DNA from: an uncultured Desulfatitalea sp.
GTDB taxonomy: Bacteria; Desulfobacterota; Desulfobacteria; Desulfobacterales; Desulfosarcinaceae
DNA: 64,000 bases
Direction: 5' to 3'
Assembly: GCA_963668675.2 (NCBI GenBank)
Contig: CAXXMB010000002.1
Coordinates: 1,984,001-2,048,000 of the forward strand
In this document: piece by piece, positions 60,349 to 64,000 of the stretch
Numbering within the stretch: the first letter of the stretch is position 1
Layout of the letters: every line of letters begins with the position of its first letter
The notes under the pieces: generated by a model
Seen by the model: the letters and a program-made list of their open reading frames with translations, nothing else
What the model was told of the DNA's origin: nothing
The model's database searches: none
Translations under genes and position numbers: made by a program

Positions 60349-60376
60349 AGTATCAAAGTATGATAATCGCTGTCAA
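60349..60376 (-). promoter_or_regulatory. Sigma-70 promoter candidate for the F0 operon
   Basis: Minus strand TTGACA-N16-GATACT; implies a leader of about 265 nt. Confidence 0.5.
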
Positions 60377-60703
60377 GCAGTTGAAGCTCGACACACCGAA
60401 TGAATATCATACAGCCACTGAAGTCGTGAATAATATTGACGCAGACTCATTTTTTCATTAGATTTTACAAAGCGTGCAGGTGACGATGGGGGACTCGATC
60501 CCCCATCGGTGCCAGTTCGTTCGGCAACCTGCATCGTGCTGCCAACCTTTCCGACCATTGACATACACGGTTCGAGATCTTCAATGGCAGCTATCGATCA
60601 GCCCTAATCCATCAACAAACCAGCACTTCTGGCAGCAGTTCTGAATAGCCCATAAAGGTGCAGACAGCTAAGGCGCCGGATTGACAAATATGAGGAGGCA
60701 CCA

Positions 60704-61342
60704 ATGGCGGTGATAACCATTTCCAGACAGTTCGGAGCAGGCGGCCTGACGCTGGGACGGCAACTTGCAGAGCAGATGGGGTACACCTTTGTCAGCGATG
60801 AGATCATCAAAATGGTGGCCAAAAGGGCCCGGGTTTCATCGGACTGGGTAGAATCGGTGGAGAGGGAGGCTGGCGGCCGCCTGCAGAAATTCATCACCAC
60901 CCTCGTCCCCAGAGGGCTGGTGGACCGCATTCTGGACGATCAGCGTGGATATATTGATGAGGAGATCTACGTCGATCTACTCGGAAAAATCATCAATACC
61001 ATTGCCGATGAAGACGACTGCGTCATTCTCGGGCGCGGTGGTCAGTTTTTCCTGCAGGAGCGGCCGGATGCCTTTCATATCCTGCTGATCGCCGATGTGG
61101 ATTACCGCGTTCAATTTATGGAGGAGCGATACGATCTTACCCACGCCAATGCGGTGCAGACCATACAGGCTGAGGGCAAACGACGCACCAATCTATACCG
61201 TAAAATTGGCCGCGCCGATTACGACAGGCCTGAACATTACCACCTCACCTTCAATATGAGCAGGATCAACATGGAAACCGCCATAAGGGTTATCCAGAGC
61301 CTGGTCACCGGCAACGGGCCACCACCCGCCGCATCCAAATAA
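60704..61342 (+). CDS. Cytidylate kinase-like family protein
   Basis: MAVITISRQFGAGG, VILGRGGQF, R...Y, YHL..N; GAGGAGG RBS. Confidence 0.9.
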   Translation: MAVITISRQFGAGGLTLGRQLAEQMGYTFVSDEIIKMVAKRARVSSDWVESVEREAGGRLQKFITTLVPRGLVDRILDDQRGYIDEEIYVDLLGKIINTIADEDDCVILGRGGQFFLQERPDAFHILLIADVDYRVQFMEERYDLTHANAVQTIQAEGKRRTNLYRKIGRADYDRPEHYHLTFNMSRINMETAIRVIQSLVTGNGPPPAASK

Positions 61343-61362
61343 TTCAAAGATCGACGGACGAC

Positions 61363-62970
61363 ATGAATCTATTCCGCCAAATTTCCGGATCGGTCATTCT
61401 GGTCATTCTTTTTTGCTGCCTCTGGTCGGAGAGATCCTACGCAGACCCGCAGCAGGCACCTTTGCATAGCACGACGCCAGTTGTGGCTTCTGCCCCGGCC
61501 GATGTCACCATGCAGGGTCACCCCCCGGCCACAAGGGCATCCGATAGCAGTCAAGCCACAGAGGAGCAGGCTCACCACTCCGGTGGGCACGATCATGAAG
61601 ATCTGGGCACAAGGCTACCCCTGTGGAGCTGTGTGCCGTTTGCCTGCATGCTGCTCTCCATTGCGTTCTGGCCCTTGGCCGCACCGGACTTCTGGCACCA
61701 CCACTTCGGCAAAATCGCCGGAGGATGGGCCTTGAGCCTGGCCCTGCCGTTCATCGCCATTTACAGGGGCACGGCCATCTACGAGATCCTGCACATCATG
61801 CTTGCCGACTATGTACCCTTTATCATTCTCATATGGTCGCTCTACACGATCTCGGGCGGCATTCTGCTGCGCGGCACCCTGCGCGGCACCCCCCTGGTCA
61901 ATGTGGCCATGATGGCCATCGGCGTGTTGCTGGCATCATGGATGGGAACCACCGGGGCGGCCATGCTGTTGATTCGTCCCTTTCTGCGTGCCAACAAGGA
62001 GCGCAAGAACCGAACCTTTATGGTGGTCTTTTTCATTTTCCTGATCGCCAATATCGGCGGTTCGCTTACACCACTGGGCGACCCGCCGCTGTTTCTCGGT
62101 TTTCTTCACGGCGTGAGCTTCTTCTGGACATTTCAGCTCCTGCCCCACATGCTGACCATGACCGCCCTTCTGCTGATCATTTACTTGGCCATGGACACCT
62201 ATTTCTATTTTAAAGAGAAGCGCCAAAGAGGCGTAGACGAACCGTCATACAAGAGCATCCATGGAAACCAGACCGAGCGCGTGCCATTGTCCCTGGATGG
62301 CAAACTCAACTTTCTCTTTCTGCTCGGCGTCATCGCTGCCGTGCTCTTGAGCGGCATCGCCGACTGGGGCACCATCAACACCTTCGGCGTCCACCGCACC
62401 GCCCAGAGCTGGCTGCGCGATCTGCTCCTGATCATCTTTGGCATTCTGTCGCTGGTCACCACGTCAGCCAAAATCAGACTGGACAACGAATTCACATGGT
62501 TCCCGATCAAGGAGGTGGCCTACCTGTTCATCGGCATCTTCATCACCATGATTCCGTGTCTGCTGATCCTGAAAGCCGGATCCCAGGGGGCCCTTGCCTT
62601 TATTATCAACCGGGTTACCTCACCAGCCCACTACTACTGGGTAAGCGGAACCCTGTCGGCTTTTCTGGACAACGCACCGACCTATCTCACGTTTTTCAAT
62701 ACCGCCCTGGGAAGCTTTTTCGCCGGGATGAACGAAGCACAGGCCGTCCCCCTGCTCATGACGGAAAAAGCGATCTATCTGAAGGCAATCTCTGCCGGTG
62801 CCGTCTTTTTCGGGGCCTGCAGCTATATCGGCAATGCACCCAACTTCATGGTCCGTGCCATCTCCGAAGAGGCCGGCACACCCATGCCCAGCTTTTTCGG
62901 TTACATCTTGGGCTATACCTTGGTATTCTTGGTTCCCTGTTTTATTTTTATTACTTGGGTCTTTTTTTAA
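61363..62970 (+). CDS. Ion transporter (IT) superfamily protein, putative Na+/H+ antiporter
   Basis: Polytopic membrane protein with GTTGA.MLLIRP, ANIGG.LTPLGDPPLFLGFL.GV, SAFLDNAPTYL, YIGNAPNFMV; His-rich N-terminal extension. Confidence 0.85.
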   Translation: MNLFRQISGSVILVILFCCLWSERSYADPQQAPLHSTTPVVASAPADVTMQGHPPATRASDSSQATEEQAHHSGGHDHEDLGTRLPLWSCVPFACMLLSIAFWPLAAPDFWHHHFGKIAGGWALSLALPFIAIYRGTAIYEILHIMLADYVPFIILIWSLYTISGGILLRGTLRGTPLVNVAMMAIGVLLASWMGTTGAAMLLIRPFLRANKERKNRTFMVVFFIFLIANIGGSLTPLGDPPLFLGFLHGVSFFWTFQLLPHMLTMTALLLIIYLAMDTYFYFKEKRQRGVDEPSYKSIHGNQTERVPLSLDGKLNFLFLLGVIAAVLLSGIADWGTINTFGVHRTAQSWLRDLLLIIFGILSLVTTSAKIRLDNEFTWFPIKEVAYLFIGIFITMIPCLLILKAGSQGALAFIINRVTSPAHYYWVSGTLSAFLDNAPTYLTFFNTALGSFFAGMNEAQAVPLLMTEKAIYLKAISAGAVFFGACSYIGNAPNFMVRAISEEAGTPMPSFFGYILGYTLVFLVPCFIFITWVFF

Positions 62971-62990
62971 CCGACAACGCAAAGGTATGC

Positions 62991-64000
62991 ATGAAGAGGC
63001 TTGAGCCACTCACTACTTGCAATCCAAAAGAGACGACCATCAGACATCTGCGCGGCGCCAGCGTAGGAATTGTCGGAGGGGGGCAGTTTTGCCATAAGCT
63101 GCTGCGCTTTTTCAATGAGCTGGACCTCTCACCGATAAAACCGCGCATCGTCGGTGTCATTGACATCAATCCCAATGCCGACGGGTACCGCTACGCCCAA
63201 CAATGCGGCCTCACGACCGCCGCCCGATTCGAAGCGCTATACAGGATAGAGGATCTTCAGATCATCCTGGAGATCACCAACGATCCTGAACTGGCCGCCG
63301 CCATCCAACGCACCAAGCCGCCACAGGTTGAACTGATCGACCATTTTCATGCCCGCTATCTTTGGGATGCGATCCAGGTCGAGAATCTTCAACTTCAGAT
63401 CCTCGACCAGTTCAACGCCAAGCGAGGCGATGCCGAAGCGCTGGAGGCGCTGTTCCAGAAAAGCTTCGACTGTTTCATCGAAATCATAAGCCGCCGTAAC
63501 AAGCGCTCCCGCCAGAAAGAGCTGGCCCTTCTCGAGATCCAACGGACCCAATCCCAGATCATCCAGGGCAGCACCATCCCCACCTTTGTGATCAACAGCG
63601 ACCATATCGTAACCCACTGGAACCGGGCCCTGGAAAAGATGTCGGGGGCACCTGCCGAGCAGGTTGTGGGCACCAACCGGCAGTGGGCACCGTTCTGGCA
63701 GCGGGAGCGGCCGACGATGGCCGACGTCATTCTCGACCAGATCGACGAGGATGAAATCCAAAAGCTCTACGGAAGCCAGTGGCGCAAATCGGGCCTGATC
63801 GATGGCGCTTACGAGGCGGAAGTGTTTTTCCCGCAAGTGGGTGAAAACGGCAAGTGGCTCTGGTTTACCGCCGCCCCCCTCAAAGCGCCGGATGGCACCA
63901 TCGTCGGGGCCATCGAAACGTTGTGGGACAAGAGTGAAGACAAGATAGCCGATCAGGAACGCGAGAGACGGGCATCGGAGCTTGGAGCGCTTTGCTCCAT
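62991..64000 (+). CDS. PAS sensor protein with N-terminal Rossmann-like domain (probable histidine kinase), 3' end outside the window
   Basis: Not in the ORF track because it has no stop in the window. Reads MKRLEPL...VGIVGGG...VGVIDIN..A.G..YA, then PAS IPTFVI..DH.VTHWNRALE...G...GAIET. Confidence 0.82.
   Translation, partial: MKRLEPLTTCNPKETTIRHLRGASVGIVGGGQFCHKLLRFFNELDLSPIKPRIVGVIDINPNADGYRYAQQCGLTTAARFEALYRIEDLQIILEITNDPELAAAIQRTKPPQVELIDHFHARYLWDAIQVENLQLQILDQFNAKRGDAEALEALFQKSFDCFIEIISRRNKRSRQKELALLEIQRTQSQIIQGSTIPTFVINSDHIVTHWNRALEKMSGAPAEQVVGTNRQWAPFWQRERPTMADVILDQIDEDEIQKLYGSQWRKSGLIDGAYEAEVFFPQVGENGKWLWFTAAPLKAPDGTIVGAIETLWDKSEDKIADQERERRASELGALCS

Noticed and set aside
63237..63836. 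199-aa minus-strand ORF at the right edge
   Set aside because: It is the antisense shadow of the + strand PAS sensor starting at 62991.
1..64000. CRISPR array, rRNA, intein or selenocysteine read-through
   Set aside because: I saw no regularly spaced direct repeats and no rRNA motifs. nrdJ and radA are of normal length. No in-frame TGA at a catalytic Cys position was noticed.

Overview
GC-rich (roughly 55-60% by eye) bacterial chromosome segment whose gene content looks like a sulfate-reducing Deltaproteobacterium (Desulfobacterales-like; inferred, not searched). The left edge carries the end of an integrative element: an AT-richer tyrosine integrase converging on tRNA-Glu(CUC). Most of the rest is housekeeping: radA-rlmE-yebC, gltB/gltD, thiM, nadA, lolA, an acyl-CoA dehydrogenase-etfB-etfA cluster, rplU-rpmA-obgE-nadD-rsfS-gpmI, recX, HU, comM, lpxC-ntrY-ntrX-rsmD-coaD, class II RNR, and several PAS histidine kinases. 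The most unusual feature is a stand-alone Na+-type F0 operon (atpZ-atpI-atpB-atpE1-atpE2-atpF'-atpF) with no adjacent F1 genes. Its first c gene is a four-hairpin fusion that keeps only one ion-binding glutamate, and its atpB carries a one-base frameshift. Also notable are an EtfA fused to an XRE-cupin regulator, three MITE-like shells that each carry a different palindromic repeat doublet, a thioredoxin with two zinc ribbons, and a sigma-54 promoter plus enhancer-like palindrome upstream of lpxC. Product calls come from motif recognition only; no database search was run.
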